A DNA stretch of 64,000 bases. Origin: Vulcanimicrobiales bacterium. Its GTDB lineage: Bacteria > Vulcanimicrobiota > Vulcanimicrobiia > Vulcanimicrobiales > Vulcanimicrobiaceae. Positions 1-10,140 of the stretch are shown in pieces. Location: the NCBI GenBank assembly GCA_038231455.1, contig JBBRLI010000002.1:128001-192000 (forward strand). The letters are read 5' to 3'. A program made the translations under genes and the position numbers. The notes under the pieces are model-generated. The model had not been told where the DNA came from and made no database searches. It worked only from the letters and a program-made list of their open reading frames with translations. The first letter of the stretch is position 1, and every line of letters begins with the position of its first letter.

Positions 1-729
1 GGCCGTGCGCTTGAGTTTTGCGACCGCCGCGCGGTCGACAATCCAGAGCAGTTCTCCGTCGGTTGGCGCGACAAGCTGAATCGGGTAGAGCGCCGGATTT
101 TGCGGTCCCTCGAGGACGGCAGCGAGTGCGTCGGCTTTGCTGTCGCCGCCCGTCTCGATTGTTACGCTGCGCGCGTGGTTGATCACGCGCGGGGTGAGCG
201 TGACGCGGTGCGTTGCAAATTTCTCGACCCACGGGGCGGCGGTCAATTTGCCGTCGTCGATTTGATCGAGCGTCCCGGGGAAGATCGAAGCGGTGTGCCC
301 GTCGGGACCCATCCCTAAGTGGATGAGATCGAAGCGCGGTCGAGCGCCCATCTCGCGTACGAGGACTTGCGCGTAGGCATCGGCCGCGGCTTGCGGTTCG
401 TCCTCGCCGCGGATGCGAAAGATTTGACTGTCCTCGATACGCAGCGGCGCGAACAACGACTCATTCGTCATGCGGTAATTGGAGTCGACGTGGTCCGGCG
501 GCACGCAGCGCTCATCGCCGAAGAAGAAACGAATGGATTCCCAGTGGACGCGATCTTTGCGCGGCGAAACGGCGAGTAGCGCGTTCATGGCCTTGGGCGT
601 CGAGCCACCGGCAAGCGCGACATCGAACGAGCCTCGCTCCATGATCGCCGCGCGGGCCTTTTCCACAAAATGATCCGCAGCGCGCTCGGCGAGTTCGACG
701 TCGCCGGCGACGATGACGAGATTGTCCAC
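1..729 (-). CDS. pgl: 6-phosphogluconolactonase (3' end runs off the window)
   Basis: Not in the ORF track. Manual translation from GTG at 729 gives MDNLVIVAGDVELAERAADHFVEKARAAIMERGSFDVALAGGSTPK...LIHLGMGPDGHTASIFPG, the Pgl motifs; it follows zwf-opcA. Confidence 0.93.
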   Translation of the reverse strand, partial: MDNLVIVAGDVELAERAADHFVEKARAAIMERGSFDVALAGGSTPKAMNALLAVSPRKDRVHWESIRFFFGDERCVPPDHVDSNYRMTNESLFAPLRIEDSQIFRIRGEDEPQAAADAYAQVLVREMGARPRFDLIHLGMGPDGHTASIFPGTLDQIDDGKLTAAPWVEKFATHRVTLTPRVINHARSVTIETGGDSKADALAAVLEGPQNPALYPIQLVAPTDGELLWIVDRAAVAKLKRTA

Positions 730-739
730 GACCGTCTTT

Positions 740-1741
740 CTAAGCGAGAATTGCGCCGACCATGCGCAGGGCGGTTTCGAAGATCTTATCGGTTTGGCGT
801 TCGAGGATCGCGCGTTCGATGAGCGAGGCGTTGTCGATTGCCTGCAGCGTTGCGAGGCGCTCCGGTCGCTCTTTCTTGCCCTCGACGTAGAGCCGTACGA
901 CGGCGGGGTCGCTGGTCACTTCTGCAATGTATGTCGAATTTGTGGTTGTGATGGCGACGGTTTGCACGCGCCGCATCCCGCCGTCTCGTACGAGCGAAAA
1001 TTTAATCGGCGTGCCGTCGCGGTCGCAGAATTCATCGTGCCCGCACGCCTTCCAACCGAGACGGCTGCCGAGCCAACCCGCAAGATAAAGCGCCTCGGCG
1101 CTGGAACCCGAGACGATCTTCAAGGACCGAATGCAAAAGAGTTCTTCCCTAAGCGCAGCGTCGTCGAAGAATTGTGCCACCATATCGTGCCACGGACTCA
1201 GCCGCATCCACGCAAGATCGCGTAGGGCAAGGCGTCGCCTCGTGCGTTCGAAGAACGCCGAAAGACCGAGGATCGCCCCGTCGTCGCGGGTGGAACCCGA
1301 CGAATCGACGACGACGTCTGCGGCAATTTCGATGAGTTTATCGAAGCGCGGACTGCCGGCGGTTTCCTCCGCCGTCCACCAGAGGACCGTCGGCAAATCG
1401 GGGATCGTGAGCGCGTGCGCGATCGCACGCAGTTCGTCGGCGCTCATTCCGCGGCAAGCAAGCGTAATGCGTTCGCTCTTGATCGTGCCGTGGCCGTCGC
1501 CGGAAAACGTCTCGACGGTCGCGCCGTCTTCGAGTCCGGTCGTATCGAGCACGATCATGCGCGAGGGATGTTTGTCGGCGATCATCGTCGCGCGCTCCAT
1601 CACCCACTCGCGCCGCTCGGCGTCATCGATAAACACGATGAAATTGATGGTCGTCGCGCTGACGGTCGTCGCGTCGTGCTTGAGACGCGAGAGTTCCGCG
1701 CGAATCGAATCGACGTCGGCGGGAAGATGTTGCGCGTTCAT
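740..1741 (-). CDS. opcA: Glucose-6-phosphate dehydrogenase assembly protein OpcA
   Basis: HPSR, LTIPDLPTVLWW, VVVDS and DLAWMRLSPW motifs; ATG at 1741 overlaps the zwf stop (ATGA). Confidence 0.9.
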   Translation of the reverse strand: MNAQHLPADVDSIRAELSRLKHDATTVSATTINFIVFIDDAERREWVMERATMIADKHPSRMIVLDTTGLEDGATVETFSGDGHGTIKSERITLACRGMSADELRAIAHALTIPDLPTVLWWTAEETAGSPRFDKLIEIAADVVVDSSGSTRDDGAILGLSAFFERTRRRLALRDLAWMRLSPWHDMVAQFFDDAALREELFCIRSLKIVSGSSAEALYLAGWLGSRLGWKACGHDEFCDRDGTPIKFSLVRDGGMRRVQTVAITTTNSTYIAEVTSDPAVVRLYVEGKKERPERLATLQAIDNASLIERAILERQTDKIFETALRMVGAILA

Positions 1742-3297
1742 ATGGTCCTCCAATCCCGGCCGTCGTCTTCGAGCATGGCATCCGATGCGATCGGCCCTTG
1801 TCCGCCGGCGGCGTAGTTGGGAAAACTATCGTCCTTGAGTTGCGTCCATCGATCGAGGATCGGGGTGACGGCCTGCCATGCCGCCTCGACGGCATCCCAA
1901 CGCGTGAAGAGCGTCGCATCGCCGCGCATCGCATCGCCGATGAGGCGTTCGTACGCGGGTGCCGAGACGACGCCAAAGCCCGTGCCGTAGTTGAAGTCCA
2001 TGCTTACCGCGCGAATGTGCATCTTGGGACCCGGCACTTTGGCCGAGAAGCGCAGCGAGACGCCTTCTTCGGGCTGGATCTTCATGACGAGCACGTTGTT
2101 GTCGATCGAGTCGCCCGCCTCACCGAAGAGGCGATGCGGAATGCCTTTGAAGCGGACCGCAATCTCCGAGTACTTCCGCGCGAGACGCTTCCCGGAGCGC
2201 AGGTAGAACGGCACTTCGGCCCAGCGCCAGTTGTCGATGTAGAACTTGACTGCTGCGTACGTCTCGGTATTGGAGTTCGGGGCAACGTCCGGTTCGTCGC
2301 GATAGCCTTGCACGGGCTTGCCATCGATCATTCCCGCGGCATATTGTCCGCGCGCGGCATCGTACATTACGCGATCGGGATCGATCGGACGCAGTGCTGA
2401 GAGCACCTTGAACTTCTCATCGCGGATGTTGTCCGCGTTCGGCGAGACCGGCGGTTCCATCGCGACGAGGGCGAGCAAGTTGATGACGTGATTTTGAATC
2501 ATGTCGCGCAGGGCCCCTGCGTTATCGTAGTAGCCGCCACGGAGTTCGACGCCGACGGTTTCGGATGCCGTGATCTGAATCGAGTCGACGTAGCGACGAT
2601 TCCAAAGCGGCTCGAAGATCACGTTGGCAAAACGTAAGGCCATAATATCTTGGACGGGTTCTTTGCCAAGATAATGATCGATGCGGTAGACCTGCTTTTC
2701 TTCGAACACTTTGCCGACGTCGGACTGGAGCGAACGCGCCGACTGCAAATCCGTACCGAACGGCTTCTCGATGATGATGCGCGTCCAGCCTTTGGGATTG
2801 TCTTTCGGCCCGAGACCCGCTTGCGCGAGCATATCGACGATCTTGCCGAAGACCGAAGGCGGCGTCGAGAGATAGAAGAGCCGGTTGCCGTTCGTCCCGA
2901 GTTCTTCGTCGTTTTTATCGAGCTGTTCTTTGAGGGCTTTAAATGCGGCCGCGTCATCGAACGTGCCCGAGACGTACGAGAGTTTCTTTGCGAAGTCCGA
3001 CCACAGCGGATCGCGCGCGGGGCCGGAGCGCGAAAATTCATCCACGCTCTTTTTCATCTCCGTTCGGAATTCTTCGGCCGAGAATTCCGAACGTGAGAAG
3101 CCCACGATGCCGAAGTTGGCCGGCATGATGTCGCCTAGGCGCAGATTGTACATCGCGGGCAGCAGCATGCGTTTCATCAGGTCGCCGGACGCGCCGAAGA
3201 AGACGATGCTGCACGGATCGCTGATGCGATTGCTCGCAACGCCAGCACGCAGCGGGTTTTCATCGAGGTTCGGGCGATCCAGAGTGATCTCGGACAT
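1738..3297 (-). CDS. zwf: Glucose-6-phosphate 1-dehydrogenase
   Basis: GASGDL, EKPFG, YRIDHYLGKE and DMIQNH signature motifs. Confidence 0.98.
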   Translation of the reverse strand: MSEITLDRPNLDENPLRAGVASNRISDPCSIVFFGASGDLMKRMLLPAMYNLRLGDIMPANFGIVGFSRSEFSAEEFRTEMKKSVDEFSRSGPARDPLWSDFAKKLSYVSGTFDDAAAFKALKEQLDKNDEELGTNGNRLFYLSTPPSVFGKIVDMLAQAGLGPKDNPKGWTRIIIEKPFGTDLQSARSLQSDVGKVFEEKQVYRIDHYLGKEPVQDIMALRFANVIFEPLWNRRYVDSIQITASETVGVELRGGYYDNAGALRDMIQNHVINLLALVAMEPPVSPNADNIRDEKFKVLSALRPIDPDRVMYDAARGQYAAGMIDGKPVQGYRDEPDVAPNSNTETYAAVKFYIDNWRWAEVPFYLRSGKRLARKYSEIAVRFKGIPHRLFGEAGDSIDNNVLVMKIQPEEGVSLRFSAKVPGPKMHIRAVSMDFNYGTGFGVVSAPAYERLIGDAMRGDATLFTRWDAVEAAWQAVTPILDRWTQLKDDSFPNYAAGGQGPIASDAMLEDDGRDWRTI

Positions 3298-3304
3298 GCT
3301 CTCC

Positions 3305-4231
3305 CTACTTCTTTGCCGGAGCCCCGTGTGCAGCGGTCTCCGCTTTGATTGCGTGACCGCCGAACTGATTGCGCAGCGCGGCGATGACTTTGGCGGAGAA
3401 CGATTCGTCCTGGCGCGAAACGAAGCGCGATAAGAGCGACATCGTAATCACGGGCGCGGGAACGTTCTGATCGATCGCAGCCTGCACCGTCCAGCGGCCT
3501 TCACCCGAATCTTCGACGAAGCCGCGTACGGTCGAGAGCGTCGTATCTTCTTTGAACGCAAGCTCCGCGAGTTCCAAGAGCCACGAGCGTACGACCGAAC
3601 CGTGCAGCCACAGTTCCGAGAGCTGATGCAAGTCGTACTTGAACGGCGAGGTCTCGAGAATTTCGAAGCCTTCACCGTAGGCCGCAAGCATGCCGTACTC
3701 GATGCCGTTGTGCACCATCTTCGAGAAGTGGCCGGCACCGACTGGACCGACGTGCGCGTAACCGTTCTCCGGCGCGAGCGTGATAAACACCGGCTCGCAG
3801 CGCTTTACCGCAGCATCGGCACCGCCGACCATCAGACAGTAGCCGTTGGCAAGGCCCCACACGCCGCCCGAGGTTCCGGCATCGACGAAATCGACACTCT
3901 TGACCTTGCATCGCTCGGCGCGCGCTTGTGAATCTTTCCAATTGGAGTTGCCGCCATCGATGATGACGTCGCCCGGTGCGAGCAGCCCCAGCAATTCGTC
4001 GATCGTCGATTCTGTCGGCGCGCCGGAAGGCACCATGATCCAGAGCGCGCGCGGTGCCTTGAGTTTGCCGACGAGGTCCGCAAGGCCGGTCGAGCCCGTC
4101 GCTCCTTCGGATACGGAATGCGCGATCGCATCAGCAGAACGGTCGTACACGACGACCTCGTGCTTGCCGCGCAAGAGACGCGTCGTCATATTCGCGCCCA
4201 TTTTTCCAAGTCCGATCATTCCCAGTTGCAT
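3305..4231 (-). CDS. gnd: 6-phosphogluconate dehydrogenase, decarboxylating (short type)
   Basis: MQLGMIGLGKMG, IDGGNS, DAGTSGG, KMVHNGIEYG, LRNQFGGH; start placed at ATG 4231. Confidence 0.96.
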   Translation of the reverse strand: MQLGMIGLGKMGANMTTRLLRGKHEVVVYDRSADAIAHSVSEGATGSTGLADLVGKLKAPRALWIMVPSGAPTESTIDELLGLLAPGDVIIDGGNSNWKDSQARAERCKVKSVDFVDAGTSGGVWGLANGYCLMVGGADAAVKRCEPVFITLAPENGYAHVGPVGAGHFSKMVHNGIEYGMLAAYGEGFEILETSPFKYDLHQLSELWLHGSVVRSWLLELAELAFKEDTTLSTVRGFVEDSGEGRWTVQAAIDQNVPAPVITMSLLSRFVSRQDESFSAKVIAALRNQFGGHAIKAETAAHGAPAKK

Positions 4232-4263
4232 GGTTGGCCGAGCCCCATTTCGGAAAGTGTGGA

Positions 4264-4272
4264 AAGGTAGCA
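4264..4272 (-). promoter_or_regulatory. Candidate extended -10 element (TGcTACCTT) upstream of gnd
   Basis: Minus strand reads ttgctacctt, 32 nt upstream of the gnd ATG and just downstream of an intergenic hairpin. Confidence 0.4.
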
Positions 4273-4289
4273 AGGGCTTCCAAGCAAGC

Positions 4290-4318
4290 CGCGGGGCTTC
4301 CCGCGATGGAGCCCCGCG
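4290..4318 (-). terminator. Intergenic hairpin between tal-pgi and gnd (weak terminator or mRNA-stability element)
   Basis: CGCGGGGCT (4290-4298) pairs perfectly with AGCCCCGCG (4310-4318); the U-tract is poor. Confidence 0.5.
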
Positions 4319-4329
4319 TTATTCGATTG

Positions 4330-7170
4330 TTATGCTTTGGCGGTGGCCACATCGTCCACGGCCGCGGCCAGTGCCGCAAGTCCGTGCGCAAGGTTGCCGG
4401 GGAAGTGGATGCGCGCGCCGCGCCGGTCGCGTTTGTCGAGCGATTCGAAATCGCCGAGCGCTTGCGAGCGTTCCAGGGTGCGGAAGCCGGTCATGCCGGG
4501 GATTTCGAGGTCGAACGGCACATCGGCGGTGATTTGCAGGTAGACGCCCGTTGGCGGGCCGCCTTTGTGCAGCTGACCCGTCGAGTGGAGGAAGCGGGGA
4601 CCAAACCCGACCGTCGTTGCGACGCGGAACGCATCGCGGATTTTCGTGCGCACCGCGCGGAAGAAGTCGATGTGTTCGGGCGTCATCGCGACGTACGCGT
4701 TGAGTGCAACGTAGTCGCCGGGGCGAATCTGCGCGGCGATCGCGGCAACGGCGGAATCGAGGTCACCGCCGAGGTTGATGCTTGCGGAACCTTTGAGCGG
4801 GATGACGGCAGCGTCGGTCGTCGTGAGCTTGGCGGCGGGTTCGGAGAACTTGCCGTTCTGCATGTATTCCGCGAGCAGTCGTTTCGTGTTGTCTTTGGAC
4901 TCTTGGACGTTGGGCTGATCGAAGGCATCGATGCCGATGACCGAACCCGCCGCGGCCGTTGCGATCTCCCAAGTGAAGAACTGCTCGCCGATGTCGAGTG
5001 CGTCGGTCATCTGCAAGCGGATCACCGGGTGTCCGGCAGCAGCGAGCTCATCGAGGCGTTTTTCCATTGCTGCATCGGCGTTCGGTAAGCCGGCACCGAC
5101 GTACACAAAGGTGCGATCCGTACCGTACGCCTCGACCGCGCCGAGCGGTTCGCCCTCGACGGGAACGATGCCGGTGCCGGATTTGCCGGTCGACTCAGCG
5201 ATGAGCTGCTCGGCCCACGCGCCAAAGGCCGCGAGAAGCGGATGCGTGACGATCGTGAGTTTGTCTTGGCCCGCTTTGGCGAGGCCCCCGATCGCCGAGC
5301 CGAATTTCATCCCCGGTGCATCGGAGACTTTGATCGAGGCGGCATTGGCGAACATCGCGCCTTTGGCGCGATCCAGAATGGTTGTGATGTCGTAACCGGC
5401 GAGGGCTGCGGGGACCATGCCAAAATACGAGAGCGCCGAGTAACGGCCGCCGATATCCGGGGCGTTGATGAACGTGCGCAAGAAGTTATGCGCTTTGGCA
5501 TCGGCTTCGAGTTTCGTTGCGGGATCGGTGATGGCGACGAACTGATCGCCCGCGGTCGTCGATCCGGAGAGCTTCTGCACTTTATCGTAATAATAGCGGA
5601 AGAAGGCATCGGGCTCGGTCGTCGTGCCCGACTTCGAGGCGACGATGAAGAGCGAGGTTTTGATGTCGAGCGCATCATCGAGCGCTTTGACTTGTACGGG
5701 ATCGGTCGAATCGAGCACGTGCAGTTGCGGATAGCCTTCGATTCGACCGAACGTCGCGCGCAAGACGTCGGGCGCAAGCGAGCTGCCGCCCATCCCGAGC
5801 ACGACGACGTGGTTGAAGCGCTTCGCGCACGTTTTGGCAAACGCGACGATGTCGCCGGCCGCCGCGTGGGTGACCTGCGGAATATTCAGCCAGCCTAAGG
5901 CGTTTTTGATGATGGCGACGTGAGCGGGATCGGCCGACCACGGTGCGGGATCGTGCTTCCAAAGTTTGTTGAGAAAATCTCCCTCACTCAACTTCGCAAG
6001 CGCCGCGTCCGCGTCGGCCTTCGCTTTTCCCAGTTGTAAGGACACCCGCTCGTGCGAGCCTTCGGCGAGAGCCTTCTGCTTATACTCGATCGCGGCGAGC
6101 AGCGCCGTGAATGAATCGGCAAACGACGCGAGCCCGTCGACGAGCAGCTTTTCCGTGACGTCGAAGAGCGAGATCTGCGCTTTGGCAAGATCCGCAAGAA
6201 CCGCTTTTGCAGCGTCGAGGTCGGTAAGGACGGTCTCGGCCACGACCGTACCGTGATCGAGCAGCGCATCGAGCGTAGGCGGCGGAACGGTGTTGACCGT
6301 CTCCTTACCGATCACGCACTCAACGTACATCAGATCGCTATAGGCCGGGTTCTTCGTCCCGGTCGACGCCCAGAGCGGCCGCATGACATGCGCACCGGCA
6401 GCACGGGCTTTTGCAAAACGCTCGCCGTGAAAGATTGCAAGAAAGCGTTGGTACGTCATCTTCAGATTGGCGACGCCCGCTTTGCCCAGCAGATGCTCGT
6501 ACTTGTTCCCTGCGGCTATTTTTGCTTCGAGCTGTTTGTCGACGGCGCTGTCGATGCGTGATACGAAGACACTTGCAACCGAGGCGATCCCCGCCACCGG
6601 TTCGCCGCGTCCGATGCGATCTTCAATCCCTTGCACGTACGCAAGGGCCGCCGTTTCGTACCGATCGACATCGAAAAGAAGCGTGACGTTGACGTTGATG
6701 CCCGCGCCGATGACGGCGCGGATCGCCGGTGCACATTCCGGCGTACCGGGAATTTTGATCATGACGTTCGGTCGGTCGACCGCGGCCCAGAGTCGTTTTG
6801 CCGCTTCGATCGTGCCATCCGAATCGCGCGCGAGGGTCGGCGCAACTTCGAGACTCACATATCCGTCGAGGCCTTTGCTTGCATCGTAGAGCGGACGGAA
6901 GAGATCGCACGCACTGCGGATATCTCGCACGGCGAGCGCTTCGAACAAGCGCTGCGGGTCGTGCTCGGTCCCGACGAGCGATTTGAGTTGCGTATCGTAG
7001 TCGTTACCGCTGCCGATCGCCTTCTCGAAAATCGTTGGGTTCGAGGTCATGCCGCGCAGACCCAGATCGATGAGCTTTTGCAATTCGCCCGAGGGGAACA
7101 TGCTGCGACGGATGTTATCGAGCCAGATGCTCTGGCCAACCGCGGTGAGATCGTGAAGTTGCGTGCCCAT
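4330..7170 (-). CDS. Bifunctional transaldolase / glucose-6-phosphate isomerase
   Basis: N-half has transaldolase motifs (GQSIWLD, GMTSNPTIF, VMIKIPGT, RPLWAST). C-half has PGI motifs (LGMGGSSL, SKSGTT, IGGRYSALS, QLIAESTGK, FDQPNVQESK). Confidence 0.95.
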   Translation of the reverse strand: MGTQLHDLTAVGQSIWLDNIRRSMFPSGELQKLIDLGLRGMTSNPTIFEKAIGSGNDYDTQLKSLVGTEHDPQRLFEALAVRDIRSACDLFRPLYDASKGLDGYVSLEVAPTLARDSDGTIEAAKRLWAAVDRPNVMIKIPGTPECAPAIRAVIGAGINVNVTLLFDVDRYETAALAYVQGIEDRIGRGEPVAGIASVASVFVSRIDSAVDKQLEAKIAAGNKYEHLLGKAGVANLKMTYQRFLAIFHGERFAKARAAGAHVMRPLWASTGTKNPAYSDLMYVECVIGKETVNTVPPPTLDALLDHGTVVAETVLTDLDAAKAVLADLAKAQISLFDVTEKLLVDGLASFADSFTALLAAIEYKQKALAEGSHERVSLQLGKAKADADAALAKLSEGDFLNKLWKHDPAPWSADPAHVAIIKNALGWLNIPQVTHAAAGDIVAFAKTCAKRFNHVVVLGMGGSSLAPDVLRATFGRIEGYPQLHVLDSTDPVQVKALDDALDIKTSLFIVASKSGTTTEPDAFFRYYYDKVQKLSGSTTAGDQFVAITDPATKLEADAKAHNFLRTFINAPDIGGRYSALSYFGMVPAALAGYDITTILDRAKGAMFANAASIKVSDAPGMKFGSAIGGLAKAGQDKLTIVTHPLLAAFGAWAEQLIAESTGKSGTGIVPVEGEPLGAVEAYGTDRTFVYVGAGLPNADAAMEKRLDELAAAGHPVIRLQMTDALDIGEQFFTWEIATAAAGSVIGIDAFDQPNVQESKDNTKRLLAEYMQNGKFSEPAAKLTTTDAAVIPLKGSASINLGGDLDSAVAAIAAQIRPGDYVALNAYVAMTPEHIDFFRAVRTKIRDAFRVATTVGFGPRFLHSTGQLHKGGPPTGVYLQITADVPFDLEIPGMTGFRTLERSQALGDFESLDKRDRRGARIHFPGNLAHGLAALAAAVDDVATAKA

Positions 7171-7184
7171 CGTATCCTTCGTTT

Positions 7185-9173
7185 CTAGACGCTGGCGAGC
7201 AGGCCCGAAGCAACGTCGGCGACGTGCTCGGGGGTAAAGCCGAATTCTTGTGCGATCGCGGGAGCGGGGGCTGATGTTCCAAAGTGGTCGAGTCCGTATG
7301 CGATCCCATAGTCGCCGACATATTTATGCCAACCGAACGTGGATGCGGCTTCGATTGAAACGCGCGCCTTTACCGCTGCCGGCAAGATTGTTTCACGGTA
7401 CGTCGCCGGTTGTGCATCGAAAAGCTCCATGCACGGCATCGATACGACACGCGCATGCGTCCCGCGCTCGGCGAGTTTCTTTGCTGCATCGACCGCAAGC
7501 GAAACCTCGGAGCCCGTCGCGATGAGGATGACTTCGAGGGCGCCCGTTGGTTCGTGAAGGATGTACGCGCCTTTGTCGACCGCCGCCGTGCGCTCGCCGA
7601 GGAACGGCAGTTTCTGACGGGAGAGCACGAGCGCCCACGGTCCCGTCTCCGGCTGGATCGCGAGTTTCCAGGCTTCCAGTGTTTCGAGCGCATCGGCCGG
7701 TCGCACGACACGGAAGTTCGGCGTCGCGCGCAAGGTCGCGAGTTGCTCGATCGGCTGGTGCGTCGGTCCGTCTTCGCCCAGCCACACCGAGTCGTGCGTG
7801 AGGACGTAGATCGAGCGGATCTTGTTGAGTGCGCCCAGGCGCATCGCGGGCTTCATATAGTCGACGAAGTTGAAGAACGTCGCGCAGAACGGCAAGAGTC
7901 CGCCGTGGAGTGCGATGCCGTTCATGGCAGCGGCCATCGCGTGTTCGCGCACACCGAAGTGCATGTTGCGGCCATCGTAGGTGCCGGGTTCGAAATCGCC
8001 TGCGCCTTTGAGGTATGTCTTGGTCGAGGGATCGAGATCCGCCGAGCCGCCGACGAGTTCGGGCAGTGCGCTCGCGATTGCATTCATGATCGCGCCGCCC
8101 GATTCGCGCGTCGCAACCGATCCGTTTTCCGCATTGAACGTCGGCCACGGGATCGTGTCCGGGAGTCTGCCGTCGCGGGTGCGCTCGAACTGCGCGGCAA
8201 GCGTCGCGTTCGCGCCTTTCCACTTGTCGTAATGCGCGTTCCAGTCGGCTTCCATTTTGGCACCGGCGACGGCGCGCCCGCGCCAGAACGTGGCGACCTC
8301 AGCGGGGATCAGGAATGCCGGTTCGAGCGGCCAGCCTAACGCCTCTTTTGTTTTTGTGACGTTGTCGGCGCCGAGCGGCTCGCCATGCGCGGCCGACGTG
8401 CCGGCGCGCGGCGAACCAAAGCCGATCGTGGTGCGAACGATGATGATCGAGGGTTTGTCGCTCACGGCTTTTGCCGCGACGATGGCTTTATCGATCGCCT
8501 CGACCTCCTCGCCCGCCTCGACGTGTTGCACGTGCCAGCCGTAGGCGGCGTACCGCATGCCGACGTCTTCGTTAAACGATTTCTCGGCTGGGCCCGCGAG
8601 CGTGACTTTGTTGTCGTCGTAAAAGAGGATCAGCTTGCCGAGTGAGACGTGTCCGGCAATCGAGGAGGCTTCACCCGAGATGCCTTCCATCATATCGCCA
8701 TCGCCCGCCATAACGTACGTATAATGATCGACGAGTGGCTCCGTGCCGCGGTTGTAAACCGCGCCAAGATGCGCTTCGGCCATCGCCATGCCGACCGCGT
8801 TTGCAACGCCTTGGCCGAGCGGTCCCGTCGTGACCTCAACGCCGGCCGTGTGGTGGTATTCCGGGTGGCCGGGTGTGCGGCTGCCGAGCTGCCGGAACGA
8901 TTTGAGATCGTCCAGCGTGAGGTCGTAGCCCGCGAGATGCAAGAGCGCGTAGAGAAGCGCCGATGCATGGCCCGCGCTCAAAACAAAGCGGTCGCGGTTG
9001 AACCAGTGCGGGTTCGTCGGGCTATAACGCAGGTGGCGCGACCAGATCGTGTAGGCCGTCGCGGCGGCGCCGAGCGGCATCCCGGGGTGGCCCGAGTTCG
9101 CTTTCTGCACCGCGTCGACCGCGAGAAAACGGATTGTATTGATGCGCTGCTCGTCGGCGGTGGAATTCGGCAC
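7185..9173 (-). CDS. tkt: Transketolase
   Basis: [41 protein letters not shown]. Start placed at GTG 9173 after GAGG; the track's extension to 9530 overlaps dapD. Confidence 0.97.
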   Translation of the reverse strand: MPNSTADEQRINTIRFLAVDAVQKANSGHPGMPLGAAATAYTIWSRHLRYSPTNPHWFNRDRFVLSAGHASALLYALLHLAGYDLTLDDLKSFRQLGSRTPGHPEYHHTAGVEVTTGPLGQGVANAVGMAMAEAHLGAVYNRGTEPLVDHYTYVMAGDGDMMEGISGEASSIAGHVSLGKLILFYDDNKVTLAGPAEKSFNEDVGMRYAAYGWHVQHVEAGEEVEAIDKAIVAAKAVSDKPSIIIVRTTIGFGSPRAGTSAAHGEPLGADNVTKTKEALGWPLEPAFLIPAEVATFWRGRAVAGAKMEADWNAHYDKWKGANATLAAQFERTRDGRLPDTIPWPTFNAENGSVATRESGGAIMNAIASALPELVGGSADLDPSTKTYLKGAGDFEPGTYDGRNMHFGVREHAMAAAMNGIALHGGLLPFCATFFNFVDYMKPAMRLGALNKIRSIYVLTHDSVWLGEDGPTHQPIEQLATLRATPNFRVVRPADALETLEAWKLAIQPETGPWALVLSRQKLPFLGERTAAVDKGAYILHEPTGALEVILIATGSEVSLAVDAAKKLAERGTHARVVSMPCMELFDAQPATYRETILPAAVKARVSIEAASTFGWHKYVGDYGIAYGLDHFGTSAPAPAIAQEFGFTPEHVADVASGLLASV

Positions 9174-9279
9174 AAACACCTCACGTGGCCTGGGGGGAAG
9201 GCGAAGTTCGCCGCCGTCCCGGCCGTTCATGCCGTATCTTAACGGGGGCGTCCGGCCTTGCGGCGTAAGCCCGCTTCCA

Positions 9280-10140
9280 ATGAAGATCGCCGAATGGGAA
9301 AAAGAAATTGACGCGCTTGTCGCCGACCCCGCCGGGGTGCGTGGCAAAGCCGGCAAGGTGGTCGACAAAGTGATCGCCGCGCTCGATGAGGGTCGTTTGC
9401 GCGTGTGCGAGCCATTCGATGGCGGCTGGATCACGCACGCCTGGGTCAAACGCGCGATCTTGCTGTACTTCGCGCGGCTCGATAGCGTGATCGTCGGAAC
9501 GCCCGGCGCGTCGCGCGGCAAATCGGCCACAGAACTGCGCGACGTCGTGCCATCCTATTACGATAAAGTGCCGACCAAACGCAATTACGAGGAACTCGGC
9601 GTGCGCTGCGTGCCGCCCGGCGTTGCACGCTACGGCTCGTTCCTTGCCAAAGGCGTGATCCTGATGCCCGGCTATGTCAACATCGGCGCCTACGTTGATG
9701 AGGGCTCGATGGTCGATACCTGGGCCACGGTCGGCTCGTGCGCGCAGATCGGCAAAGGCGTGCATCTTTCGGGTGGCGTCGGCATCGGCGGCGTCCTCGA
9801 ACCCGCCCAGGCGCAGCCGGTCGTGATCGAAGATGGCGCGTTCATCGGTTCGCGCTGCATCGTCGTTGAAGGCGTGCGGGTTGGCGCAGAAGCCGTACTC
9901 GGCGCAGGCGTCGTGCTCACCGCGAGTACGCCGATCGTCGATGTGAGCGGAAGTGCGCCCGTGACGACCAAAGGCAGCATCCCGCCGCGAAGCGTCGTCA
10001 TTCCCGGAACGCTACCGAAAAAATTCCCGGCGGGCGACTTCGGCGTGCCATGTGCGCTCATTATCGGCACGCGCACCGAAAACACCGATCGCAAAACCTC
10101 GCTCACCGCAGCACTGCGCGATTTCGAGGTTGCGGTATGA
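9280..10140 (+). CDS. dapD: Tetrahydrodipicolinate N-succinyltransferase
   Basis: YYDKVP, RCVPPG, VNIGAYVDEGSMVDTWATVGSCAQIG, GGVGIGGVLEP and C-terminal KTSLTAALR. Confidence 0.96.
   Translation: MKIAEWEKEIDALVADPAGVRGKAGKVVDKVIAALDEGRLRVCEPFDGGWITHAWVKRAILLYFARLDSVIVGTPGASRGKSATELRDVVPSYYDKVPTKRNYEELGVRCVPPGVARYGSFLAKGVILMPGYVNIGAYVDEGSMVDTWATVGSCAQIGKGVHLSGGVGIGGVLEPAQAQPVVIEDGAFIGSRCIVVEGVRVGAEAVLGAGVVLTASTPIVDVSGSAPVTTKGSIPPRSVVIPGTLPKKFPAGDFGVPCALIIGTRTENTDRKTSLTAALRDFEVAV

Noticed and set aside
9174-9530. N-terminal extension of transketolase in the ORF track
   Set aside because: It overlaps the divergent dapD, and transketolase homology starts at about 9173.
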